In this document: positions 37,442-46,595 of the stretch, piece by piece
Position numbering within the stretch: position 1 is the stretch's first letter
Layout of the letters: each line of letters starts with the position of its first letter
From: a virus
DNA: 64,000 nucleotides
Reading direction: 5' to 3' (one strand)
Virus record (IMG/VR): IMGVR_UViG_3300014720_002669
Made by a program: the position numbers and the translations under genes
The notes under the pieces: generated by a model
What the model was told of the DNA's origin: nothing
What the model saw: only the letters and a program-made list of their open reading frames with translations
Databases searched by the model: none

Positions 37442-38644
37442 GTGGTCAACAAGTACACTCATATCTCTCAAGCAGATTATGAAACAGTGGCCGGCCCAGA
37501 TTGGCCACCTTTTGATTTCTTTCAATTGCATAAAAATGTGCCTGAGTTTGTGTACAAAGAGATCAACAACATGCTTAGGCCGGTTGAAGGATTTTCACAT
37601 CCTACATTTTGTGTGTTGCCATTCTATGCTATAGAGTATCCGGATAACACCCCATGTTGTTTGCTATCTGGAGTAGAATCCGTAAAAGCAATACAACAAC
37701 AAATGTTATCGGGGCAACGTCCAGAGTCTTGCAAAAAATGTTGGAAATTGGAAGATGCTGGTTTAAAAAGTGATAGACTTATTAAAAATGAAACACTGGA
37801 TCATTTCAGCAATGTCGATCTTGAACAATTGATAACTCAAAGTCAACTAGGCAAAAATAAAATCGTTCATTACAAGATTGATACAAGCAATACTTGTAAC
37901 GCTGCCTGTATGACTTGTGGCAGTGATTCAAGTAATACCTGGGGCAAACTACAGAAAAAAAATAACTTGCCCGCAAGGAAAAATTGGAAAATATTGCCCA
38001 ATCAAACAACAGATTGGATTGATTATGCTCACGCAAAATCTATATTGTTTAGAGGTGGCGAACCTTTTTTAAGTGATACTAATTTTTATATACTTGAACA
38101 ATTAATCAAGCATGACAACACTGATTGTTTTGTAAGTTTTGTAACCAATGGCAGTTTTTCTTTGTCTCGACGTCAAAAAGAAATCCTGGCAAAATTAAAA
38201 AACTTGCATTTTTGTTTTAGCATCGATGGCATTGGGCCTGTGTTTGAATATCTAAGATGGCCGTTGAAATGGACTGATATTGAAAACAACATAGCATGGT
38301 GTCAGGCAAACAATGTGAAAGTCAGTGTGAGTTATACCTTGAGCAATATAAATTTATTGTATCATACAACAACCACTCAATGGTTCCGTGATCATAACAT
38401 AAACTACTTGGTCAATCCTGTGTATTCCCCGGGTTATTTTCGTCCTGAATCATTGCCAGCAAAAATCAAACAACAACTGAGGCAACAACACAACATTGAT
38501 GCTATCAGTCAATGGCTGGCACATTCTCCCAGTGATGACAACTGGTTTGCAAAGTTTCAAATTGAAATTGCCAAACAAGACCACATGAAAAATATCAGCA
38601 TGCAAGACTATCTGCCCGAACTTGTAGAACTGTTAAAATGGTAA
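37442..38644 (+). CDS. Radical SAM protein with twitch/SPASM-like cluster
   Basis: CNAACMTC, GGEPF, VTNGS, FSIDG..YLRWP; FCVLPF..PCC..CKKCW; paralog-like to 16831. Confidence 0.85.
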   Translation: MVNKYTHISQADYETVAGPDWPPFDFFQLHKNVPEFVYKEINNMLRPVEGFSHPTFCVLPFYAIEYPDNTPCCLLSGVESVKAIQQQMLSGQRPESCKKCWKLEDAGLKSDRLIKNETLDHFSNVDLEQLITQSQLGKNKIVHYKIDTSNTCNAACMTCGSDSSNTWGKLQKKNNLPARKNWKILPNQTTDWIDYAHAKSILFRGGEPFLSDTNFYILEQLIKHDNTDCFVSFVTNGSFSLSRRQKEILAKLKNLHFCFSIDGIGPVFEYLRWPLKWTDIENNIAWCQANNVKVSVSYTLSNINLLYHTTTTQWFRDHNINYLVNPVYSPGYFRPESLPAKIKQQLRQQHNIDAISQWLAHSPSDDNWFAKFQIEIAKQDHMKNISMQDYLPELVELLKW

Positions 38645-38692
38645 TACCAAAGTAGTATTGACCGGAAATTGCAATCATGCTATAATACAGGC

Positions 38693-38920
38693 ATGAATGC
38701 GAAAAATCCCCATTTAAAAGTCCGAGAGATACGCCAAGATGAGTCTGACTTCATGCTCAACGACGGCATGGTCATGTATCCTCGTGCAATGTTGCACATC
38801 TTGCCCGAATGCCCAACCGAGGTTCGACACACTATTCAGTGGGCAGTGACCAACGGATATGTAAAATTTTCGTCACATGTCAAAGAATCTGAACTTGTTT
38901 GGGAGCGACTGCAATCATGA
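38693..38920 (+). CDS. Hypothetical protein
   Basis: Leaderless ATG 6 nt after TATAAT (promoter at 38658). Confidence 0.6.
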   Translation: MNAKNPHLKVREIRQDESDFMLNDGMVMYPRAMLHILPECPTEVRHTIQWAVTNGYVKFSSHVKESELVWERLQS

Positions 38921-39309
38921 CCATGCACTTACATCACCCCAGTCTTAGCCTCAGCGGCAAGAAAAAAGGCCGGGTAAAATTTCGCAACGCTGAAGAAGCA
39001 CGGCGTGCCCGCGAACTGGAGGCATCATGGCAAGACTTGCTGAAGCGCCAAGGCATTGAAGCCGAAGCCAAGAAACGTAGTCGTGCGTTAAAGGCTCCTG
39101 TACTGGAATACCGACTATCAGCGCCACCCGGACGTGGCGGTACTGGCCACATTCCCAGCCGTGACACTGGGGGCAACGCCACCCTGGCCGCACCCAAAGT
39201 GTACACAGGTACCAAGGTCCGAGGCATTGCCACCATGCACAAGAGCAATGCAGTGCCCGTATTCTCAGACGAGGAGGCTGTGGAAATCAGCCGTATGCGC
39301 CGTGGCTAA
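38917..39309 (+). CDS. Basic hypothetical protein of T4-like type
   Basis: YTGT...GIATMHKSNAVPVFS..EA.EISRMRR. Confidence 0.7.
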   Translation: MTMHLHHPSLSLSGKKKGRVKFRNAEEARRARELEASWQDLLKRQGIEAEAKKRSRALKAPVLEYRLSAPPGRGGTGHIPSRDTGGNATLAAPKVYTGTKVRGIATMHKSNAVPVFSDEEAVEISRMRRG

Positions 39310-39869
39310 TCGTTGCACTTATTATTTTGTAGTGTCAAAAGACTATACCGACGGCATTGACAGTTTCAAAGCAGGTGTGTATTCTGCAGAGGGATACATG
39401 GGTGCGTTCCTGGGCTGGCAAAGCCGCCTGAGTCTGAATTGTAGTCGTGTGTGGTGCCAAGGTCCCCGAGGTGGTGTCAAGATGGTTCGGGATAGACTGA
39501 CCTGGTTAGCAGGAGAATATGGCTATGTCACAAACAACGCTAAACTTATGAAGGAGTTTGCTTGGGTCAAATTATCTGCACGAGATGTTGGGAGATAACG
39601 TGGTTAAACGCGACTACTATGGTGTGAAAGGCGACTATGCATGGCACATGCGAACCCAGCACACAGAACTGAGTTTACGCATGGCACCCAGGCTGTTTAG
39701 AGAAAGTGATGTGGTGTACTGTCAAGGACCTCGAGGCGGGGTACGACTCGTGCACGTGAATTATTGGTACGCTATGGAGCCTGCAGGCGGGTACATCACC
39801 AAAAACAGTGAAGCCATGAAACAGTTCGCGTGGGTCAAACTGCGGGCTAGAAATTTGAACTCTCCATGA
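39302..39869 (+). other. Tandem paralog pair (39302-39598, 39585-39869)
   Basis: Both share V[WY]CQGPRGGV and GY[VI]T.N...MK.FAWVKL.AR. Confidence 0.7.
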
Positions 39870-40338
39870 ACAGCCGCCAGCGACGCCGATTCAATCGACG
39901 ATTTCCACACGTGGTGTTCAGTCGTGCTGACTGGGACGACACCACGCCTTGGTTGGAAACCAATGTGGGACGGTTCAATCAAGACTGGTACAAACTGGGA
40001 CGCGACATTGTGTTCGGCATAGCAGTGGGTTGGCCCGGAGATGAATATCGTTTTAGACGTGCAGAACATGCTATGTGGTTCAAATTGCAATGGTCATGAT
40101 GGAACTTACTGGATTTTTCAAAGACCAGACGATCAATGGAGATGTATGGCACGTGGCTCATTTCAAGGCCAAACACGAACAGCGGAGAGAAATCACTCGC
40201 TGGTGCTATCAGACCTATGGTGAACCTGGATTCAGTCATCTCACACATGACACCAGGTGGAAAGACAGTATTCAATTTGGTTCGATATATTTCAGTCGCC
40301 CGGAAGACCTTGAGTGGTTTGTGTTGAGGTGGCAATGA
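39866..40338 (+). other. Two small F.L.W-family ORFs (39866-40099, 40096-40338)
   Basis: End in AMWFKLQWS and LEWFVLRWQ; ATGA overlaps. Confidence 0.6.
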
Positions 40339-40793
40339 ATCGTAAACGACAAATACTTTTTAATCAAGGAGAAGACATGGGCGTATTTCAACAAAATTCC
40401 CTGACCTGGGAACAACAAGAAGTCATGCGGCTGTTGAAATCACAGCCAGGCACCGCTTACCAAGAATCGGATGAAACTGGCAGAGCAGTGTTTAGAGATT
40501 GGATACGCAATCTGCTGATGAACACAGAAATCACAGTGACCTTTGTCAAAGCCGACGGGGCCATTCGTGACATGCGGTGTACTTTAGATCCGGATCGTAT
40601 CCCGCCCCAACCACCCCGGCCAGACCGGCCAGCCACAAAGTTGTCTGTGGATGGTATCATAAGAGAAAACCAAGAAGTCAAGCGACCCGAAGAATCGCAC
40701 ACCCAAAAAGTGTTTGACTTGGACGCAGGTGCCTGGCGCAGTTTCCGTTATGATCGGCTCCGAAAGGTCACTGCCACCATGAGTTTTGAATAA
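40335..40793 (+). CDS. WYL_2 / Sm-like SH3 beta-barrel protein
   Basis: VTFVKADG..RDMRCTL..VFDLDAGAWRSFRYD. Confidence 0.75.
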   Translation: MNRKRQILFNQGEDMGVFQQNSLTWEQQEVMRLLKSQPGTAYQESDETGRAVFRDWIRNLLMNTEITVTFVKADGAIRDMRCTLDPDRIPPQPPRPDRPATKLSVDGIIRENQEVKRPEESHTQKVFDLDAGAWRSFRYDRLRKVTATMSFE

Positions 40794-40800
40794 GTAACGC

Positions 40801-41019
40801 ATGACCAAAGAAACAACAATCAGCATGGAGGGTCGGGTACAGGAAATCCTGCCCAACACCATGTTTAGAGTATTACTAGACGATGTCAACACTGAAGTAA
40901 TTGGATACTTGTCGGGCAAAATGCGCACACACAACATCAAGGTATTGCTGGGCGACCGAGTTGCCATGGAGTTCTCCCCGTACGATTTGACTCGTGGTCG
41001 TATCACTAGACGTAGATGA
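40801..41019 (+). CDS. infA: Translation initiation factor IF-1
   Basis: 72 aa; [38 protein letters not shown]. Confidence 0.96.
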   Translation: MTKETTISMEGRVQEILPNTMFRVLLDDVNTEVIGYLSGKMRTHNIKVLLGDRVAMEFSPYDLTRGRITRRR

Positions 41020-41690
41020 TTTCAAAAAAACCTATTAAAAAACATCCCATACTTCAGGGACTACTTTTACTGGATTGCGGGGAACCACAAGTACATGACC
41101 AATTTTTTATGGACAAGTATTATATAAATCTCGTTGAGAAACTTAAAAATAAAAATTTTGAGTATATAGTCAACCACTCTTATGGATTACAAATAGATTT
41201 AAATGATACTGCCATGGCCACCACCATAAAAGTTTGTGATTATGATCACAATCATCCCATCATGCGTAACTTGTTTAAAAATTCTGGCAAAGAAAAAACT
41301 TCAACGCTGCTGTCCAAATATCTACTAAATAGAATACCAACAATTAATATTTTAAATGCTGAAGATTTTGTTTGGTTCTGTACCAAATATCTGCCAATAG
41401 AGCGTGTACAAAATTGGCTGGTGGCAGGGCACACCTGGCGAATGTGTACACATGATGCTGGGCTTGGATTACAAACGTTGGCTAGATTAACAAAAATTTA
41501 TCCTTTGAATTTTTATGCCACAGATTACAGTTTTTGTACCATGACTGAGCAAACTGCAATATTAAAAGATTTTGAACAGGACAGCATGAATTGGCGTCTT
41601 ATAGAAGGTTTTGGGTATCAACTGCTACCTCAAACAATGTTTGAGGTAGCCTACCTCAAACACAAATTAGATAAATATCCACATGCGTGA
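41016..41690 (+). CDS. AT-rich hypothetical protein
   Basis: ORF track; lies between infA and sod. Confidence 0.55.
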   Translation: MISKKPIKKHPILQGLLLLDCGEPQVHDQFFMDKYYINLVEKLKNKNFEYIVNHSYGLQIDLNDTAMATTIKVCDYDHNHPIMRNLFKNSGKEKTSTLLSKYLLNRIPTINILNAEDFVWFCTKYLPIERVQNWLVAGHTWRMCTHDAGLGLQTLARLTKIYPLNFYATDYSFCTMTEQTAILKDFEQDSMNWRLIEGFGYQLLPQTMFEVAYLKHKLDKYPHA

Positions 41691-42225
41691 ACACATTGAT
41701 CTAGTAGAAGCCAGCACAAGGCCGGCCAAATTGGAAACTACTCCCTTGCCCTACGGACCCAAGGACTTGGCTCCTGTGCTGAGTGCCGAATCCATTGACT
41801 ATCACTATGGGCACTTGGCCCGAGGCTATGCCAAGCGTTACAACGCCGGAGAAGGCAATGCGGATTTTAATCGCGCTGGCAGTTTTTTACACAATAAGTT
41901 TTTCCCTCAGCTGAGACCTGTCAAAGGTGCCAACAGACCCCGTGGTGCTGTGCTTGCCTTGATTGAAGAAAAGTTCAAGACCTGGGAAGACTTTAAGGAA
42001 CAGTTCAAAGAAGTTGCCATGAAAATCCAGGGCTCAGGTTGGGTGTATTTGAGCACCGGTGGTGACATCAAGACCATTGCCAACCATGCGGTGCGCACAG
42101 ATATCTGTGTGCTAGTTGACTGGTGGGAACATGTGTGGGCCACAGATTATCAGTGGGACAAAGAACGCTATTTAGACAATATTTGGAAAATTATTGACTG
42201 GGACGTTTGCAATGAACGCTTGTAA
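41683..42225 (+). CDS. Fe/Mn superoxide dismutase-like protein
   Basis: LPY..LAP..S..YHYGH, HNKFF, QGSGW, DWWEH. Confidence 0.85.
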   Translation: MREHIDLVEASTRPAKLETTPLPYGPKDLAPVLSAESIDYHYGHLARGYAKRYNAGEGNADFNRAGSFLHNKFFPQLRPVKGANRPRGAVLALIEEKFKTWEDFKEQFKEVAMKIQGSGWVYLSTGGDIKTIANHAVRTDICVLVDWWEHVWATDYQWDKERYLDNIWKIIDWDVCNERL

Positions 42226-42475
42226 ACATCATGTGATGTGGTTGTTGCTGGCTGTGTTGCCTGTGGCAGCACATGCAGACATGAACGATTGTGTAAAAGA
42301 GACCAATCAAGATCGAAAGAATTACTGCATGGCCACCTACAGCGGCAGTAGCACGTTCTGTGAAAAGATCCAGCACTTTGGAGATCGAACACAGTGCATG
42401 CGAATGGTAGTGGCCGCACAGCGCCGAAACGTGTACCAGACCCCTCGACCACCCCTAAAGGAAGAAACAAAATGA
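42212..42475 (+). CDS. Small secreted Cys-containing protein
   Basis: Signal peptide ending AHA and four Cys. Confidence 0.5.
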   Translation: MNACKHHVMWLLLAVLPVAAHADMNDCVKETNQDRKNYCMATYSGSSTFCEKIQHFGDRTQCMRMVVAAQRRNVYQTPRPPLKEETK

Positions 42476-42792
42476 ACCTACTACCCCCAGCTGTTGACAA
42501 ATTAAAAGAACTTGTGGCCGAAGAAGGCAATCCTGAACTAAAACTGCGTGTGTTTGTGCAGGGCGGGGGATGCTCAGGATTCAGTTATGGCTTTACCTTT
42601 GACGAAGCCAAAAACGAAGATGACTTTGATTTTGTCTACGACACTGTGCAAGTTGTAGTAGATGCCATGAGCATGCAGTATCTACAAGGGTCAGCAATTG
42701 ACTTCAAAGAGGATGCCATGGGAGCCAGCTTTGTGATCAACAATCCGCAAGCAGTTTCAACCTGCGGATGTGGATCAAGTTTCAGCGTGTGA
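42472..42792 (+). CDS. erpA: A-type Fe-S cluster carrier (ErpA/IscA)
   Basis: [36 protein letters not shown]. Confidence 0.92.
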   Translation: MNLLPPAVDKLKELVAEEGNPELKLRVFVQGGGCSGFSYGFTFDEAKNEDDFDFVYDTVQVVVDAMSMQYLQGSAIDFKEDAMGASFVINNPQAVSTCGCGSSFSV

Positions 42793-42991
42793 TCAACCAA
42801 CTCTGATACATGTGCATCAACACATGGTCCAAGGGTTGGCCGTGTTTGATGTGTGCAATAAATGGCGACTCAGGCATGATTTTGTCAAATAAGTCCACAT
42901 TGTCTGTGACCAATGCAAACAATTGATTTATTTCTGCAGGGCTCAGTGCAGACAACACATTTTCTGTCAGTGCTTGATACATCATATTCCT

Positions 42992-44869
42992 TTATTTAAA
43001 CAACCAAGATTTTAGTTTATATCCAATTGTGATCACGGTGACTGCTGCCAGCAACACTGACACCACACTCCATATGGTCAATATTTTCACAGGCAACGGT
43101 AACTGTTTGCCGTTCAATCTTGATATGATTCTATTTAATGGCATGCCAATGTTCATGATCAATTTGCCAGCTGGGTTGGATTGAGTATAACCCGGCGCTT
43201 GCATGCGATAGGCCATTTCTTCTGCCCAAGGTCTAGCCAGCAAGTTCATGTAGTAAATCACCATGCGTTTTTGTATATCCACACGTTTTTCAGCATCCTT
43301 CTGCCAGAACAGCACCCAACGCCGCAGTTGCTCGCTGCCTTGACCGTCCATGAGATCTACCACAGTCTGTGCCCAACGCAGATATCCGTGATAAGCCGCT
43401 GGATCTTTGACTTTTAATTCTCGTCCAAATTGTTGATCTGCTGCATTCATGGCTGAATCAAAATATCCCAGTTGGGCCAACTTGTTGCAGATAATTTTGC
43501 CGCCACCACCGCCACCATTGCCACCTTCAGTGGTGCGTGAATTGGTTCCAAAGTTCTCGTTGACGGGCGATACCACAAATGCTGGAGCATAGTTGCTGTT
43601 GGTTCCGGTCACAGGTTTCCACTCTCCTGACTGATAGATAAACACCCCTTGCACTTCTTTCCACACACCTTGATCGTTCACATAAGGCGTACTGGGGTTC
43701 CACTGACCAAATTGATACACTTGCACAGTGTCAGGTTCAATTTCCAACACAGCATAACCACCATTGCCTGCTTGAGCAACGCCACCGCCTAGGCCAGCAC
43801 CACCTGCATAATACACTGATGAGTCATTGCCAGGTGTGCGTCCCACTGGGTTGGCAATAACATCACCTATACTCAGACCAAATGCGCCTGCCAATGCCCC
43901 AGAATCTCCACCCACAGTGGCGCCACCGTTGCCCCCGCGATCTCCGCCACCACCGCCACCGCCACCGCCCCCGTCGCCACTTTTGTCTTGACCATTTTGT
44001 CCGTTGGTGGTGTATTGTATGGCTTGGCCAGCTGTGCCCGGTGCATTTTGTGCAAAATTATTGTTGTTGCCACCGCCTCCTCCGGCTGCTCCGCCTCCAG
44101 CAATGGCCTGTATATCATTTCCTACCAAAAGCACTGTGGCACCACCGCCTCCACCGCCCCCACCCGATGTGCCTGATCCACCAGCATTGCCACCACGGCC
44201 ACCACCATAGCCATCAATGTTGTTTTGGGTAACTCTCAGAGCAAACCCTGCAGGTCCACCGCCGCTGTTGACTGCCACCCAACTTAGAACATGCACACCA
44301 GCAGAGATTGACACATTTGACAAAGTAGGCGGTGGGTCAGACGCATAACTACCTGCTGTGACCACTATTGGCACACCGTCCAAACTGACCACCGCTTCAT
44401 CATCGGCTGCACAGTACCAGCTGTACAGTCCCGTAACGGGAAAATTAACATTGTAACTTCTGGAAAAAGTTCGTCCGTCAGCCCACACTGCATTGGAATT
44501 CATAAAGTCACTCCAAGATCGCCAGGTCACTGCGCCCACTGCTGCCGGTCCGGCAGGCGGATATCTAGTGTTGAATACTACGCCGGTATAACTGCCACCC
44601 CCAGCGCCGCCACCCCCAGCTGATCTACTGCTGAGTCCACCACCGCCCCCACCACCCACAGCCACAGTGATCACTTGACCGGATTGTATAGGGAATGTAA
44701 TTCTACTGAATCCACCGCCACCACCTGTGCCTCCAGGTCTACTGTCATTGCCGCCGCCACCCCCACCGCCTGCCCAGAGATAGGCAGTGACATTGCCTTT
44801 GTAGCCCACAGGCATGGTCAGTGTTTGCAGTGCACCGGTATACCCGATGGCTCGTATAATTTGTTTCAT
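42992..44869 (-). CDS. Glycine-rich tail-associated protein with PA14-like domain and KIIC-type C-terminal domain
   Basis: Poly-Gly tracts, AADD..L motif, GGGGKIICNKL domain, terminal TM. Confidence 0.65.
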   Translation of the reverse strand: MKQIIRAIGYTGALQTLTMPVGYKGNVTAYLWAGGGGGGGNDSRPGGTGGGGGFSRITFPIQSGQVITVAVGGGGGGGLSSRSAGGGGAGGGSYTGVVFNTRYPPAGPAAVGAVTWRSWSDFMNSNAVWADGRTFSRSYNVNFPVTGLYSWYCAADDEAVVSLDGVPIVVTAGSYASDPPPTLSNVSISAGVHVLSWVAVNSGGGPAGFALRVTQNNIDGYGGGRGGNAGGSGTSGGGGGGGGATVLLVGNDIQAIAGGGAAGGGGGNNNNFAQNAPGTAGQAIQYTTNGQNGQDKSGDGGGGGGGGGGDRGGNGGATVGGDSGALAGAFGLSIGDVIANPVGRTPGNDSSVYYAGGAGLGGGVAQAGNGGYAVLEIEPDTVQVYQFGQWNPSTPYVNDQGVWKEVQGVFIYQSGEWKPVTGTNSNYAPAFVVSPVNENFGTNSRTTEGGNGGGGGGKIICNKLAQLGYFDSAMNAADQQFGRELKVKDPAAYHGYLRWAQTVVDLMDGQGSEQLRRWVLFWQKDAEKRVDIQKRMVIYYMNLLARPWAEEMAYRMQAPGYTQSNPAGKLIMNIGMPLNRIISRLNGKQLPLPVKILTIWSVVSVLLAAVTVITIGYKLKSWLFK

Positions 44870-44870
44870 A

Positions 44871-46526
44871 TCAATCGATCAAGTACCAAATATCCCCATT
44901 TTGTCCACCAAACGGTAGACTGGTGCTGACTGTTCTGTTGCCAAATCCATTGCTGCCAGCAGCAATACTCAAGGTTCTGTCGGTGCTGATATCGCCACCG
45001 CCAGACAAGCCGGCTCCGGCAATAACTTGTGTGGTCTGCGAAGCTGCGCCCAGGTTAAATCTAGCAAGAGCCACATTGGCGCTGCCAGTACCTCCTGACA
45101 ACACAGGCAATGGAGTGATGCCTGAAATAGTACCACCAGTTATGCTCACACTGCCGTCATTTTGCACAGCCATGGTGCCCACTGCTGTGATAGCTCCTGA
45201 TTGCAGTCCCAAATTGAGTCTGGCAATGTTGGCAGTGGCTCCACCTGTGCCGCCAGCTGATACAGGCAGCGGTGTATCCAAGCCTGAAATTGCACCACCA
45301 GTTATGTTGATGTTGTTGGCATTTTGAGTGCTGACAGAGCCCAAGCCCAAACTGACTCTGGCATTGCTGGCACTGTTTGCCCCGGTACCACCTGAAGCCA
45401 CAGGCAACGGTGTGCCTAATCCTGTGATGGTACCGCCTGTGATGGCCACTGCAGAAGCATTTTGTACAGCCATGGTACCCACAGTGGTCACAGCACCTGA
45501 TTGCAGTCCCAAATTGGTTCTGGCCTGTGGTGCAGAATTGGCTCCTGTGCCACCATCTGCCACAGCTATTGGCACTATGTTGTTGATGGTGCCTCCGCTG
45601 ATGCTGACTGAGTTGGCGTTTTGTACAGCCATGGTGCCTACCAGCTGTCCTGGAGTCACTGCATTGGTCACAAACTCGGTGGTAGCAATTTGCGTATTTG
45701 CAGTGCCGTTGCCCGCTGTGGGTGCAGTGGGCGAACCACTAAATGCAGTACTGACTGTGGCCTGTTGCACAAATCCTGTGGTGGCAATCTGCAGATTGGC
45801 TGTGCCTGGCGGCGCAGTGGGTGCTGTGGGAACGCCTGTAAAGTCTGGCGAAACTTTCTCACTTTGTACAAAAGCTGTGGTGGCCAACTGAGTAGAATTG
45901 GTTCCTGCCGTAGCAGTGGGTGCAACAGGTGTGCCTAACAACACAATGTTGACTTTTTGTTGTTGTACAAACGCTGTGGTGGCCAACTGGGTGCTGGATG
46001 TACTGGCTGCGGCAGTGGGTGCTGTGGGTGTACCTGTGAAGTTCGGGCTGTTGGTCACAAATGCTGTGGTAGCTAATTGGGCTGTGGAAGTTCCGGCTGC
46101 GGCAGTGGGTGCTGTGGGTGTGCCTGCAAAAGCTGGACTGCTGGTCACAAATGCTGTGGTAGCTAATTGGGCTGTGGAAGTTCCGGCTGCGGCAGTGGGT
46201 GCTGTGGGCGTTCCTGTGAAAGCTGGGGATATTTTTGCATCTTCCACATAGTCTTCGCTGGCCAATTGAGACCAGGTATTTGATGTGTTGAAGTAGTTCA
46301 GCACATCTGTGCTACTGTTGTACCATAATTGCCCCAATATAGGCTGCACAGGCGCTGTGCCACGGGCAAAATTTTCCAGCAAAAACACATAGTTTTCGTT
46401 TTGAAATTCACCATAATTGGTCACAGCCCGCCCGACCAGGGCCAGATCAGTAGCGGTGGTATTTACGGTGCCATCGCCCACCACTGTGACAATTTGACCC
46501 CGACTGTTGTTGATGATATAGCTCAT
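44871..46526 (-). CDS. Tail fibre protein
   Basis: LVG....YGE..NEN...LLENFA..P..GQLWY N-terminus; repeated SPxFTGTPTAPTA..TxQLATTAFV and GGTGA..AR.NLGL. Confidence 0.85.
   Translation of the reverse strand: MSYIINNSRGQIVTVVGDGTVNTTATDLALVGRAVTNYGEFQNENYVFLLENFARGTAPVQPILGQLWYNSSTDVLNYFNTSNTWSQLASEDYVEDAKISPAFTGTPTAPTAAAGTSTAQLATTAFVTSSPAFAGTPTAPTAAAGTSTAQLATTAFVTNSPNFTGTPTAPTAAASTSSTQLATTAFVQQQKVNIVLLGTPVAPTATAGTNSTQLATTAFVQSEKVSPDFTGVPTAPTAPPGTANLQIATTGFVQQATVSTAFSGSPTAPTAGNGTANTQIATTEFVTNAVTPGQLVGTMAVQNANSVSISGGTINNIVPIAVADGGTGANSAPQARTNLGLQSGAVTTVGTMAVQNASAVAITGGTITGLGTPLPVASGGTGANSASNARVSLGLGSVSTQNANNINITGGAISGLDTPLPVSAGGTGGATANIARLNLGLQSGAITAVGTMAVQNDGSVSITGGTISGITPLPVLSGGTGSANVALARFNLGAASQTTQVIAGAGLSGGGDISTDRTLSIAAGSNGFGNRTVSTSLPFGGQNGDIWYLID
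45670..46230 (-). repeat. In-frame ~90-100 bp tail-fibre repeats
   Basis: Near-identical copies starting 46053 and 46143 (90-nt period), with degenerate neighbours. Confidence 0.85.
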
Positions 46527-46595
46527 TGCACACTCCGATTGTCAGTATTTAGTGGTATCAAGGCGTTTGGTAAATACATCACTGGAACATAAAAT

